From assembly GCF_006345805.1 (NCBI RefSeq), contig NC_042997.1, positions 58,900,001-58,964,000 on the forward strand: a stretch of 64,000 nucleotides of DNA. Reading direction: 5' to 3'. Both the position numbers and the translations under genes were made by a program. Below, one piece after another: positions 50,036 through 63,910 of this stretch (positions are counted from its first letter, which is position 1; the number at the start of each line of letters is the position of its first letter). The notes beneath the pieces were generated by a model that saw only the letters and a program-made list of their open reading frames with translations, ran no database searches and was not told where the DNA came from. This DNA is from Octopus sinensis (lineage: Eukaryota).

Positions 50036-52809
50036 TATTATTATTGCTACTGCTTTCAGTATGAACGCCATGCTAATTTATTTATTTGGAAGTTCTGATT
50101 TTTTTTTTCCAAATTAGTATTTGCGTTGTCTTTGAAATTGTTACACAATTTGTTCGGAACAGAAGAGAAAGGAGTGGTCCAAAACGTTGATTTGTTAAGA
50201 TATTTTTCAAATTTCGTTCTGAAAAAAAAATGCATTCTGGAAACGAAGAGGAGAGAAAGTCAGAGAAATAAGAGAGTAGACGATGCAGAGCGAGAGAATC
50301 TTGCTTTCACTGAAACAATGGTGGCTTTTGATTTTCATCCCTCTCATTACAGAAATTCAAGGCAACGGCAACAGCACGGCCATCTTCACCAAAACCTTCG
50401 CTACAAATAACACAATAGCTATTTCAACGATAACATGTAGTATTTCCACAACCACCGCTACGACATTCACGATTACCACTACACCTATAGCAGCATCTAC
50501 AATATTGAGAAGAATACCACAATTTCTTTATTTTTTTCACCAGAACAGCAAGAGTTTAGATCTCCTTTTATAAAATTCACCAACAAATTATTATTTCTAA
50601 TTTAGGTACGAAGCCAGTGGTTTTAAGGGGATGGAATAAGTCTATACCTTTGATCTCAGTATTTGATTGGTACTTTGTTTTACCGACTGCAGAAGGATGA
50701 AAATTAAAGTTAATCTCGGCAAGAATTGAACTCGGAATATAAAGAACCAGGACAAATTCCATAAAGCATAAAACAAGAAGGCTCGACCAAAAAGGTGGGG
50801 CCGGAGATGGAAAAGATGGAAACTCCTGACCAAGACCGAATAAAAGAAAACTGAATCTCCAATTCTATAAACATGTCAAATGATAGCCAAATGCTTGTTG
50901 TAGCAGATAGCAGAAAGCAAAAGTTCCATAAATGAGGTCGCGCCAAACATTTAGGGGTGTTCGTCCACAAAATAGGCCAGATGAATTAAGATTCGTACTG
51001 CCTATAAAGCAACAACAACAATAACAATTGCTGTCGCAGCATCAGTAGAAAATGGAGCTGCAAACAAAATCACTGCTGAACCAGAAAGGAGTATTGCTAT
51101 CACCGAGAAAAGATAACTAGCATCTCTGAAAAACCACAATCACGGAAATATATGTGTACGCAGTCTCTTGCATAGTTGTACCTTTACTCTACTTCCCCTC
51201 TGACTTCTCCGAGCAACGAGGACGAGAATACGGAACAAAAGATAGGAGTTGGGACGATGAAGAAGGAGACCAATGATAATTGTTCAGTTCCCAAATACAT
51301 AAATTTGGATAAATACAAATCACGCGTCAACGAGTGACTCACTACTAACACAAACAACATCAACAATATTATCTGCAACCTTAACAGCAACAGCAAGTCA
51401 CAAACATATCAACGACCACAACAAAAACATCAAAAGAAACAACAGAATTAACACAACAATAACATCAATAACTAAACACAGAAAAAGCTCACCCCAGTTT
51501 TAATGTTGTACGGAAGGACAACATTGAGATAACGATGTGCGAATTGTCAGAAAAATTCTGAATGGATTCTTTGAAGGACTTCCTCCTGACAGGAAAACTG
51601 AATTATCTGTTTTTTGAGACAAGGGTAAGTGACCTTTCACATATTCTTCCCTTAACATGACCTTACTAAGAATAGTTTATCGCGATACATGTGACCTAGT
51701 GTTGACCTGGAAGCAAGATCACTAGCAACCTCAGGTTGCTACATATTGAGATGGCAGCAATATGTAAGTAAACTGCTATTTGCAAGGAAGAGTATTTGGA
51801 ATCGTTTAAAACAAAATTATAGTTATACTCCTTTTGATTTATGAATTCTGAGTTTGCTTCGAAGAATTTTATGTGAAATTCCAAAATATATTAGAAATAC
51901 ATTATAAAGAATGGAGAGTCATACATCTTCAATTAAAATGTCCCTGCATGTAGAATTCCAGCATGTATTTCTATTGTATAAGTGTCTTAGGGTCCTTAGA
52001 TGTGATGGTTCTGTACCTCTGATCGATTTATAGTAAATTAATTATAGTACAAATTCCAATCCAATGATTGACATTCTTATACCACTCTTTCAAGGCTTTC
52101 CCTCGCATATTTGATTGATTGGGGAAAATTTGTTGTCAACAAATATTAATTGAAAAATGATTTTGTGGATATCTTTCGAAAACTGTTTTAACAAGCAGTT
52201 TTACCAAGAGAATCTGATGAAAATATACTTCTTTGGAAAAAAGTCAGCTGTCGATATATCAATAATTAAATTCGATTTTAAAACAGTAATATGTTCTCTT
52301 CCTAAGAATTTATTTTAGCTGCTTGAAGACGAATGATTTCTCCTAAAAAAAAAACATCAACCCAAATCAAAAATATTCTCAGGACAAAGATGAAAAAGTT
52401 AAAAACGTGCATCACTAATTAATCTTACCAGTGATACATAAATCAGTATGCTGCTTACATGACTTGCAGCTAAGTAATTAAAATCGAATTATTAGTTATT
52501 AGACAAATTTTGTAGATATCGTATTAAATCGGCTGGATCATCAATGACCTTAGAAACACAGTGCATTTTTATCACTTCAATTATTAATTGGACTTAAAAT
52601 CTTAAAAAAACATTATTAAAATATGAAACTTTAGATGTCCTTTAACATCTCAATCTTAACTTAGTAATACCATTATTTGCAATCTTTTCGAATAGGATCT
52701 CAAGCTAAAACATTTATTTTCAAATTGGGAGGTTCTGTATTATATAGTTAGAATAATATCCTCAAACTCAAGTTCCACATTTCCGTATCTAGATGTATCT
52801 CTACTTCTA

Positions 52810-53045
52810 ATGCCTTGTCGGAGCAACTCTTTTGACGAAGACGCATCTTGTCCTAGTGCTCAAAACGCGGAGTAGATAAAACAGTGAACAACTGATGAAG
52901 GGATTGTTCTTTATGTTTCCTGTCTTGTTTTTCTATTAGTTTCTTTCGTTGTTCGCAAAAAAGTTCATTTTCCGTGTTGTTGTAAATCATGTTTCCGTTT
53001 TTATGTTGTTCACGTTTTTTGACGTCCTATACTCATATATGCATG
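52810..53045 (+). repeat. Homolog of the 13730-14060 repeat
   Basis: See 13730-14060. Confidence 0.5.
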
Positions 53046-53939
53046 TGTATATGCAGTAACAAGAGAAATAATGAGATAATACAGGTAAAGGAGGAAGGGG
53101 AAAAACGACAGGAAATAAATGAAAGTTTAAGGCAAAATCAGTGGATAAGAGTCGGCATCACTGAGCACAAATGAGCAGTATATCTATAAGGTGTCTAGGA
53201 AGAAGTCAACAGGTACGATGAGAGAGTGTAGACGGTGTATATCGAGTTGTCATATGCAACAATATCGAAAGAAGAAAGCCGACGAAATAACATGGACGAA
53301 GAATAGCGGGTGGGATATCAAGAAAAACGTTCAGTAAGGAATTGAATGTGAAGAGCAAACATAAATGGAAAACAGTTCTTTAATTTGAGAATCAAATAAG
53401 AACACAACGTCAGGAACAGTCTAGTGCTCTGATGATATTACATCAGAATGAATAAGTGAATCCTTCACCTTCAGAGAAATAAATTCCGTCTGCCTTGTGA
53501 TGCTTTGAAATTTAGAACTGAGCCGCTTAATCGTTCAAATTTATCATGAGGAAAAGTAAACATTTGCACTAGAAATTCTGTTTGCATCTCACATTGTTTT
53601 TTTACAATTCCGTAAGATTTGCACTGCAAATTTTATTCTCGCTTCACATTTAAAACAACCTTTATCATGAAATGAAACCGAATGCTTACAGTAACAAAAG
53701 AAATAATGAAATGATGTAAGAAAAGGATGACGGAAGAACAATGGAAATAAATGAAAGTTTAAGACAAAGTCAACGGATTAGAGCCTTCACGGTAAAGGAC
53801 TACTTCCTCCTCTGCAACTTTATCCTAATGAACTCAAACTATTCATTGATGCGAATAATGAGAAAGCTAATAATATCGAGGGAAATATCCGAAATTATAA
53901 TTGTACTGTTTCCTTTGTTTCACTTGAAGGAAACACCAC

Positions 53940-54560
53940 ATTTGTTTAGAACTAAAAGACATGCCATTCTACTTTCATTTTGTTCTTGGAATTGGTCATC
54001 CAGCATATGGCCAACTTTACGTTATCGATATTTATAAAGATTTACAATATCGGATACAAACACATCAAAATCCTAAATGTTTGGCTAATGTGAAGAATAC
54101 TATACAAGAAACTAGGTTTCTAACAACTCATACGTTAAAGTATACAGAAATATGCTCATGGTAGAGTTACCATCAGAAAAAATACATTTGTCAATCAATA
54201 TGAACTGCACTTCAGTCGAGGTTCTGACATTAGATGGCACCATTTTCAACGGAGTCCCTCCAGGAAATAGAGATGGCATAATCCATCCAAAACACGCACT
54301 ATCAACAAGGACCTTATATTTATTTTGACATCTTCGCTCAATTTGTTACTTTCTTCTTTCACAATAGTGACCCTGGATGGCACAATAGCGCGCAATATTT
54401 TGAAGAATGACGAGCCTTTGTTGGAAGTATGGAGACTATACAACAATTCTACTATTATTGTCTTACATACAGAGATGGTTTTAGTGTCATTCACAGAGCA
54501 GGAAAGCTTTTCCAACGAAATTTAGTTGATGCAAATGTCAAAGCGATAGTCGATGCAAAT
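53940..54560 (+). mobile_element. Helitron Rep-domain fragment
   Basis: AYGQLYVID...; FFFHNSDPGWH...TIQQFYYYCLTYRDGFSVIHRAGKLFQRNLVDANVK (cf. Helitron YPLLFPxGxxGW...QFYxYRL...GKLFQQYxVDAY). Confidence 0.8.
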
Positions 54561-54778
54561 GACCAGGTGTCACTCACAGTCTGGAAAAAACAACCAATTT
54601 CAGCTGCAAGTTGATTAATATTAGTCTGCTGACACACTTACAGCTACGAAAGACTGTAATTTATTATATTGTTCCTACGTTATCTTAATTTTTCAGTAAC
54701 TACAATACGCTGTCTAGTTCAGTAGCATAAGAATCTTAAACATAAAAAAAAACAATGTTCTGGAGATATATAAATGTA

Positions 54779-55346
54779 TTGGGTTGTCCGAAAAGTTCGT
54801 GCCGATTTTTAAGGAAAAGAAAAAATGTCAATAAATACTTGCCATTACATTTTTAATCAACCAAATATGAACCATTTTGTTGCACAAAGCGTCTCCATCT
54901 TTCCTTTAACTTGAAAATACCCTCTTCCCAGAATTGAGGTAGTTTCATGGCAAAGAATTCATCAAGGTATCTTTTTATGTCAGCCAAGAAATCGAAATTT
55001 TTACCATTAAGACTATTCTGCAGAGACCTCAATAAGTGGAAATCTGAAGGAGTAATATCTGGTGAATATGGAGGGTGGGGTAACACATCCCAGCCGATAT
55101 GCAGCAATTTTTGTCTGCTTCCCAAAGCATCAAGTGCCGAAAAAGGAACTTTCTTATCTTCCATTTTAAAGGGTTACAGAATTAACACAGGTTATAGGAA
55201 CATAAATCTTCTTCCACGAAAAGATAGCTTAAACTGTGCTCTAAATGGAGATGTAGTCAAATCCTATTTTATGGACTCAGCCATGTTCTAAAATAAGTCG
55301 AAAGGTAAGCTACTATAAATCGGCACGAACTTTCCGGACAACCCAA
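54779..55346 (-). mobile_element. Internally deleted mariner (568 bp)
   Basis: TIRs TTGGGTTGTCCG(A/G)AAAGTTCGTGCCGATTT with TA flanks; retains [29 protein letters not shown]...GIFKLKERW. Confidence 0.92.
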
Positions 55347-55375
55347 TATTTACCACATATATGTGTGTGTGGGGA

Positions 55376-55453
<78 letters not shown>

Positions 55454-55729
55454 CTACCGTAAGCATGAAACTTATGGTAATTCAATATTAAATCTTCTGT
55501 ATACTAATTTATACACACATACGCACGCACACACACACATACACACACACACTCGCGCACGCGCACGCGCGCGTGTGTGAATATATATATACATACATAC
55601 ATATATACATTAATATGTCGCTTACGCATAGTGATACTAATAACCTTGTCTTAGAACTCTATATACATATATTTCATAATAAAGCATTAGTTGAGTACAG
55701 AGCGTAATATAAAATTAAGTAAATGACAA

Positions 55730-58480
55730 AGGAACAGAAAATTATGTAATGAACTTCATTAGCTTACAGTAGTTTCTGCTACAAGATGCAGGGCACTCTA
55801 AACTGAGTATATCACCTCGGAGCTCTCAAATAGCTATTAGGAGATGCACAAGCACTCAGCTCTGAGTGCACTGCATCTTATAGCAGAATCAAATGTTTAA
55901 CTTTAGAAACTAAAAAAACTAAGACTACAGATAACACCACAATCAAATATCAGAATCCAACATTAAAATATATAAACATATAAACAACTATACCTACAAA
56001 TACATAGTACTCAATCAGTCTGATAACCCTAGAAATATAGAAATATAGCCAACTAAGGAATAAACTTGAGAAAACCGGGAATTCTCTCTTCAGCTGCCTA
56101 ACGAATATGAACATAATTTAGACAGTATCAGTATTTTCGTCGGTGTCAAACAGCCTCAGAAATAGATAATGTAACACTGCCTGGCAATATACTAAAATTA
56201 CAGTTTGCACCCAACTCATAGTCATAAACTTAAGCATCTATAACTCTATCATACTGTAACACAAAAATTCAATTAAATAAATTATAAAATTAATAATTGC
56301 CCAAGTCAATCAACAATTCAATGAGCTATAAATAAAATATGTAAAGAATAAGCGACATAATAAACTAATCAATATATATGCACTATAACTACGAATATAT
56401 TCAGAAACAAATAGTTATGACAACAAATAACATAACATTTGAACTTTAAGTGTTCATATTTCAACTGTGAACACTTAAGGTCCAGTTACACACACATTCT
56501 AAATCAGATATGATTATGGATGAAATCACAACCAATAGTAGAAAAAGCACAATTCAAACATCCTTAATAACTTAACTTATAACATGAAATCGAAGTACTA
56601 AATGAATGATTTAATACTCCAAAAAAACATTTATACTCACCAGGAAAGCCCTTCTAACCATGTATCTCCTACACATGATACAGCCAAAAAAGGCCAGTCT
56701 AAATACAGCGAAAACGGCAGTAATCGTCCTACGGGTATCGCTAAGACAAATTACGCATTTACCACTCAAGGCCATTTTTTTCTCTCCCTAAACCATATGC
56801 AGTATATCTAAGCACTACTTTTCGACTGAAAGACAGACACCTAACCACTTCCTTAACATTTTAGCTTGTCAACTAAAATTATACCTTATTCATTCAAAAA
56901 TATCATTATGTACCTCCCGTATTAAATTTCTTAATTAATCTTATAGTGCTATTTTTTTTCTCGGTGTAATGACTTGCTTGGTCAAATTTCTAACCTCGTG
57001 TTTTCATTCCATATTTGCTATATCATACTGAACCAATTGCACAATCATTTTAAACTTTTGATTCAAATACAAGCTCTAAATTAGTGGGTAACTAATGTTT
57101 GAGCAATAAAATCTTGCATAATTATTCGCTTAATCAAATTTTGACTTGCTTCTACAATTGAATCAACTTGATTAATTTTCTTTCTAATCTTATTTGTGCT
57201 GCGAATACACTGTAACATATTTCTTAAGTTGAACAACTTTCAGCACCTAGCAAAACGATAATCTTAAAACTGAATTCATCAGCCTTAAGACCAAGGACAC
57301 ATTACATACCACTATCGCAACGTTTAGATAACTAACTTTACAAACTCCTAACCATTTCTACTGGCTTCTAAATCCCTAGGGTATATTTTGTAATATGTAT
57401 ATTCAAAAACCTAAAATTAAGAACTAATATATTATCAATGTATCTATAATATTCATTAAGTTGTCTCACCAAACCTGACTTCTTCCTTTCACATAATTCT
57501 TTTAGAAAACTAAACTCGCATCATGCTAAATAAATATCCACTAAAAGAGGGCAACAATTACTCTATCATTAGAACAGTTCTAGCCTGTTTAAAATTTTGA
57601 TTCGCGAACGAAGCATACACATTAGAGTAAATCTAACTAACTTTTCTACATAACATTTTTTTAGTACTACTACATCCAATTATGTCTAATATTAAATAAA
57701 AGCTCTTCACCATTTAATTGATATACACTTATTTTTATTCCTATATATTAACTCTATTAGCTTAAATATACCCATCTCTACTAGCTTTAAATTTAGATTC
57801 GTATATAATATAGAAAAGTCATACTCATGCATTGTCTTAACCTTCTTTAAGCTCTTAAGATTTTTTCTAAGTATTCTAAGCTCAGTCTGATGATACACAT
57901 CATCAAAGTAATCCCAGTACCCTAGTAATTGATATTACAATGTTAAAGAAAATTCGACCTTATGTTCCATGCACCATTAACAATAACTATTTCTTTAACT
58001 GTATTTTAGCTGCTATGTACTTTCATAACCAAAAAAAATTAGAAATACAACAGCTTGTTCTATCCATGTCATTTCTATCTAACTCTTTAATTTTAACCTT
58101 TAATTCTTATTAATTAATGGCTCCATTTTCTCATTAACCAACACATTTGTGCCATTGCCACAGAAATTAGACTCCTTAGTTATTATTTCCTGTGCTAATA
58201 TAATACTTCTTGAAAATAATCACATAATTACCCGGTGTTTTATCCGCAGGAACAACTACAAACTTTTTCTGCAGCTAAGGTATTGTTTAACCCTTTCCTA
58301 TCTAGGATTGACTTTTTTCTATAATTAGAGTTAACATATTGATTTTTTCCGTAACAACCTCTGTTACCTTCTGCTTCTATTTTCCATAATTCGTTACTTT
58401 AACTCTTATACTTATTACTCAGCTTGGTTCACGAAACATAATAAAAAGTATCGTTATAACCTCCTGTTTGATTATGTTAG
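55730..58480 (-). mobile_element. Decayed Penelope-like element with a Naiad/Hydra-type RT
   Basis: Minus frames: FVVVPADKTPGNYVIIFKKYY, HEYDFSILYTNL, VAPLLVDIYLA*CE, RYIDNI, KADEFSFKII...YSVFAAQIR. A 25-bp terminal hairpin with GAAAC-TACT-GTA lies at the 3' end. Confidence 0.75.
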
Positions 58481-58602
58481 TTTTATCCTTTATACATTTA
58501 ACAATAATATGAAACACATATATACATTTATATAAATATAGATTTGTACTTGTATACACACACTCACACAAAACACACACACATACGCGCACACACACAT
58601 AT

Positions 58603-58789
58603 AAGGGGATATCCTGCGGGTGTACTAGGTGTGCGCTGCACACCCAACGAAAATGGCAAATTCATTATAAATATTAACTCATTAATTTAATCCCAAATCT
58701 TAATAGAAATTTTTTGTTATACCCCTGCTTGAAATTTGGGGCCATTGGGTATGTTAGCACACCCAATACAACGACCATCATACGCCACT
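58603..58789. mobile_element. Small MITE-like element, possibly hAT-related
   Basis: Degenerate inverted ends AGGGGATATCC...GGTGTGC and GCACACCC...TACGCCACT. Confidence 0.35.
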
Positions 58790-58802
58790 TTTATATATAC
58801 AT

Positions 58803-58882
<80 letters not shown>

Positions 58883-58985
58883 TCAAATAATATATATACA
58901 CACACACACATACACACATGTATGCATACAGTATACATTTATGTATATATATATGTATGTTAAACACATGTATGAGTGAATATAA

Positions 58986-59032
<47 letters not shown>

Positions 59033-59370
59033 CGTGTGTGTGTGTGTATACACATATATGCATGTATTGATACAAACATGTGTATGTGCGTATGTTCTCT
59101 TCTGTTTCTAATTATTTCCGGTAAGAAAGGAGCTGTTTTCTGACAAAGAAACAAAGCTTCGTTACTGGGAATGTAAGTAACAAAAACAATGTTACATTTT
59201 GAACTTCAGAAAAAGTCTTGCATATTTTTATTCTTTCGCTTACAGATTATTTTGTATAAAGTGCGTATCAGCTGATTCATTTCTTTTTGTGTCTGATTGT
59301 CTGTCTGTATTTATATATGTATATATGTGTGTACGCATGTATTTTAATTCCATTTTATTTATTTCTCTCT

Positions 59371-59429
<59 letters not shown>

Positions 59430-59495
59430 ATACACACAAACACACACACACACACATACACACACACATGCACACGCTTTCATCTTATATATTGT

Positions 59496-59695
59496 CAAGG
59501 TGGCGAGCTGGCAGAATTGTTAGCACGCCGGGCAAAATATTTAGCAGCATTTCGTCCGTCTTTACATTCTATGTTCAAATTCCGCCAAGGTCGACTTTGC
59601 CTTTCAAATTTTCCGGGTCGATAAAATAAGTACCAGCTGAGCACTGGTTTAGTGTAATCGACTTCCCCGAAATTACTGACCTTATGCCAAAATTT
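59496..59695 (+). mobile_element. SINE family B
   Basis: AAGGTGGCGAGCTGGCAGAATTGTTAGCACGCCGGGC...GTTCAAATTCCGCCAAGGTCGACTTTGCC. Confidence 0.85.
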
Positions 59696-59983
59696 TAAAC
59701 TAAACGTTATCAAACACTGAGACACTCAAGACATGATACCAGACCATAATATTGTATTTTTTTTTCTAATTTTCTAATTTGTTATCTTTCTGATGATTTT
59801 GTTCTTGTTGAGAGTCCTTCAACGACAACCTTACAACGTTGTCGGATGATTGCGCAGTACACAGTAGCCACGTCATTTGGTTCTTTCTTTTTTCTTGCTT
59901 AAACTTTTTCTCTTCTCTTTTTCCGCTATGTTTTTCCACTTCTCTTCAGTTTTCAGCATTTTTTACTACTTCAATTTTATCAA

Positions 59984-60068
<85 letters not shown>

Positions 60069-60103
60069 CATTATTATTATCATTATTATTATCATTATTA
60101 TTA

Positions 60104-60151
<48 letters not shown>

Positions 60152-60275
60152 CATCATCATCATCATCATCATCATTTGGAACTTCAGAAAAAAGTCTTGC
60201 ATATTTTTATTCTTCCGCTTACAGATTATTTTATATAAAGTTATTGTTATTATCATTATTATTATTTTTATTATT

Positions 60276-61400
60276 GAGTGACAGAGCAGTTCATGCCATC
60301 AAAGTGACACTGGGGTAAAATATACGAAGCCCAATATACCCATCATGACTACCCGTCTGATAAAGGTACACCAGGCACATGCATCACAACCATATATGCG
60401 CGACATGGTGATCTCATATCAAGATAAACAGCACATGACCTTGCAGGTGGGGCCCAGTTAGAATTTTCTTCAGGTTGAGTAGCCCATCCCGCTCAAACGG
60501 TCCCTGAATAAGGGTTGTTTAAGGATGTTGAAAGAACCACCCATATTTCCAGAGGTGAACTATTCAAACCCCAAAGAATCCCTCTCAACACATGGCTATG
60601 ATGCTCCCCCACTACTTCTGCTCGTGATCAGAGATGCACATATCGTCAGCCACTAAGGGACATGCTCAACTGGTTATGGTCAAACAACTGACAAGCAAAT
60701 CTGTGGTATTGAGCAGAATATTTGCTGTAGCCCATCTTTTATACCAAGACAAAACAATGTACATGATAACACTTCCAATCAGTTAAGATCAGAAGCCATG
60801 AGAGCCACTGCCTGGTACTGCATCAGGGCATTTTACTGCATCAGGGCATTTTATTATTATTATTGAGTGAGAGAGCAGTTCATGCCATCAAAGTGACACT
60901 GGGGTAAAATATACGAAGCCCAATATACCCATCATGACTACCCGTCTGATAAAGGTACACCAGGCACATGCATCACAACCATATGTGCGCGACATGGTGA
61001 TTTCATATCAAGATAAACAGCACATGACCTTGCAGGTGGGGCCCAGTTAGAATTTTCTTCAGGTTGAGTAGCCCATCCTGCTCAAAAGGTCCCTGAATAA
61101 GGGTTGTTTAAGGATGTAGAAAGAACCACCCATATTTCCAGAGGTGAACTATTCAAACCCCAAAGAATCCCTCTCAACACATGGCTATGATGCCCCCCCA
61201 CTACTTCTGCTCGTGATCAGAGATGCACATATCGTCAGCCACTAAGGGACATGCTCAACTGGTTAAGGTCAAACAACTGACAAGCAAATCTGTGGTATTG
61301 AGCAGAATGTTTGCTGTAGCCCATCTTTTATACCAAGACAAAACAATGTACATGATAACACTTCCAATCAGTTAAGATCAGAAGCCATGAGAGCCACTGC
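60276..61400 (-). mobile_element. Head-to-tail dimer of the ~550-bp (TAA)n-embedded element
   Basis: Units start at 60276 and 60865 (period 589) and are near-identical. They are separated by a duplicated ACTGCATCAGGGCATTTT and a short (TTA)n. Confidence 0.9.
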
Positions 61401-61402
61401 TC

Positions 61403-61403
<1 letters not shown>

Positions 61404-61443
<40 letters not shown>

Positions 61444-61532
61444 TATTATTATCATCATCATTATTATTATTATTATCATTATTATTATTATTATTATTAT
61501 CATCATCATCATCATTATCATCATCATTATTA

Positions 61533-61587
<55 letters not shown>

Positions 61588-61601
61588 CATTATTATTATT
61601 A

Positions 61602-61643
<42 letters not shown>

Positions 61644-61774
61644 CATTATATTATTATTATATTATCATTATTATTATATCATTATTATTATTATTATTAT
61701 TATTATATTATTATTATTATTATTATTATTATCATCATCATCATCATTATTATCATTATTATTATTATTATTAT

Positions 61775-61869
<95 letters not shown>

Positions 61870-61871
61870 CA

Positions 61872-61904
<33 letters not shown>

Positions 61905-61961
61905 GTTATTATTGTCATTATTATTATTATATTATTATTATTATTATTATTGTTATTATTG

Positions 61962-62020
<59 letters not shown>
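61404..62020. repeat. ~620-bp compound (ATT)n/(ATC)n array
   Basis: Direct reading; similar arrays at 49830-50045 and 59985-60175. Confidence 0.97.
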
Positions 62021-62022
<2 letters not shown>

Positions 62023-62169
62023 GTTTCTGTCTATAAGCAATAATAATGATCAAGTTGATGTTGATAAACATGTTGTTACGATTCCCCTTAGAACATTTTG
62101 ATCTTATTTGGTTAGGAGAAAAACATTTCTTTCTGACTTTGATTTCTTTTCTCCCTTCTTCTTTCTCTG

Positions 62170-62240
<71 letters not shown>

Positions 62241-62889
62241 TACACACATATACACACCACACACACACACACACGCACACATGCACACATATACTTTCTT
62301 TATTCTCTGATTTTCTTCAAACACGTTTGATTCACTTCTTTTTCTTGGAATAACATTCAGAAGGACATGCCCTTTGTATCTCATTAAGAAAAGGTCTCCA
62401 AGCATAGAAAATGATGCAGATGTAGGGGGTGGGCGTGGAATTTTGTTATGTCAAACCCATGCAGTGAAACGTCTCTTTTGATAAATTCATACTATATTCA
62501 AACGCCAGCAAAGTGACTTTCATTATTCACCATTTTTCAAAATAACAAGCACACATGTATGTGTGCATGTATGTTTTATGTATATATATCTGTGTGTATG
62601 TATGTATTATGTATATATATATATTATATATATATATATGTGCGTGTGTGTATTATGTATATATATATGTGTGTGTACGTGTGCGTATGTAAGTGTATGT
62701 ACTATGTATATATATATATATATATATATATGTTTGTGTCGGTATTATGTATGTATATGATGTATGTGTGCGTGTGCACGCGCGTGTGTGCGTGTGCGAA
62801 GGTATATGTGCACATGCATGCTCACATAAGTGGATGTTCTGATTTTCTTTTTAAAATCACTCATCTACAAAGGACTGGTTTCCAACCAC

Positions 62890-63480
62890 GATACAATTTA
62901 AACAAGACACATAGTCATATAGTCGCACGTGGAATTAAATACACCTATTTAAGATATCATACATGATTTATTAGACACCTTTGTCTACCTTAGCAACTCT
63001 GCTCCCTGTGGTAGATCCCTAGATTCTAAGAACAACTTGAAAATTGGGAAGGTTTCAGTCTTCTTTGGTACACTTTAAACAACACAGCATAGTCATAGAG
63101 CTGCACGTGGAATCAAATATACTTATTATAGTATCTTTCCCCCTTGAAGTAGATCCCTAGAGTCTGAGAACAACTTGAAAATTGGGAAGGTTTCAGTCTT
63201 CTTTGGTACACTTTAAACAACACAGCATAGTCATAGAGCTGCACGTGGAATCAAATATACTTATTATAGTATCTTTCCCCCTTGAAGTAGATCCCTAGAG
63301 TCTGAGAACAACTTGAAAATTGGGAAGGTTTCAGTCTTCTTTGGTACACTTTAAACAACACAGCATAGTCATAGAGCTGCACGTGGAATCAAATATACTT
63401 ATTATAGTATCTTTCCCCCTTGAAGTAGATCCCTAGAGTCTGAGAACAACTTGAAAACTTAGAAGGTTTCAATCTTGTTT
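62890..63480 (+). repeat. 138-bp tandem repeat
   Basis: AACAACTTGAAAA starts at 63031, 63169, 63307 and 63445. Three essentially identical units, plus a diverged upstream unit and a partial downstream unit. Confidence 0.95.
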
Positions 63481-63544
63481 GGTAGACTTAAGAAACGGGT
63501 TTGGTCTGACAGGGGCTTAAAACCTACTCGGTTTCGCATCTATG

Positions 63545-63910
63545 ATACTTGCATCACCATGTTCCTAATCATATATTTCTATACTCACCTGAGATACTGA
63601 CGCCATATTGACAGCCCATTAAAATATGACACAGAGGTACTGGAACAGGTTGGCCGTTTCACAATGGAAACTCGCCTCGTCAAGCATCGTATGCAATGAG
63701 TTAGTCATGACAACTGTTTTAACGACCTTAGGCTCCGAAAGGAATTATTTTATGGTGAATCATTTCTTGGTAATTGTTTCCAGTACAAACCCAAACAGAA
63801 TTCTTGACATCATGAAAGACAGACTTAAGTGCTTGATCATTAGCATTATTAATTGGAAATATCTCTCACGAAAATAAGTCAATGGGGGATCTGTAACCCG
63901 GAAGAACAAG
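63545..63910 (+). mobile_element. RTE-clade (BovB-like) LINE fragment, RT thumb region
   Basis: DTEVLEQVGRFTMETRLVKHRMQ*VSH...RLRKELFYGE, then DIMKDRLKCLIISIINWKYL (cf. NxEVL...LRWxGHVxRM..RLPKxxFYGEL...KDxxKxxLK...WExLA). Confidence 0.7.

Noticed and set aside
57520-57545. In-frame TGA in the Naiad-type RT as selenocysteine
   Set aside because: Some Naiads are known to use Sec, but this copy has many TAA/TAG stops and frameshifts and I saw no SECIS. It can only be tested on a family consensus.
62890-63480. 138-bp, 62-bp and 26-bp arrays as CRISPR
   Set aside because: They are contiguous tandem units without unique spacers, in eukaryotic DNA with no cas genes.
63581-63600. Strong minus-strand donor AG|GTGAGTA
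   Set aside because: Upstream minus frames contain stops, and the region is better explained as a plus-strand RTE fragment.
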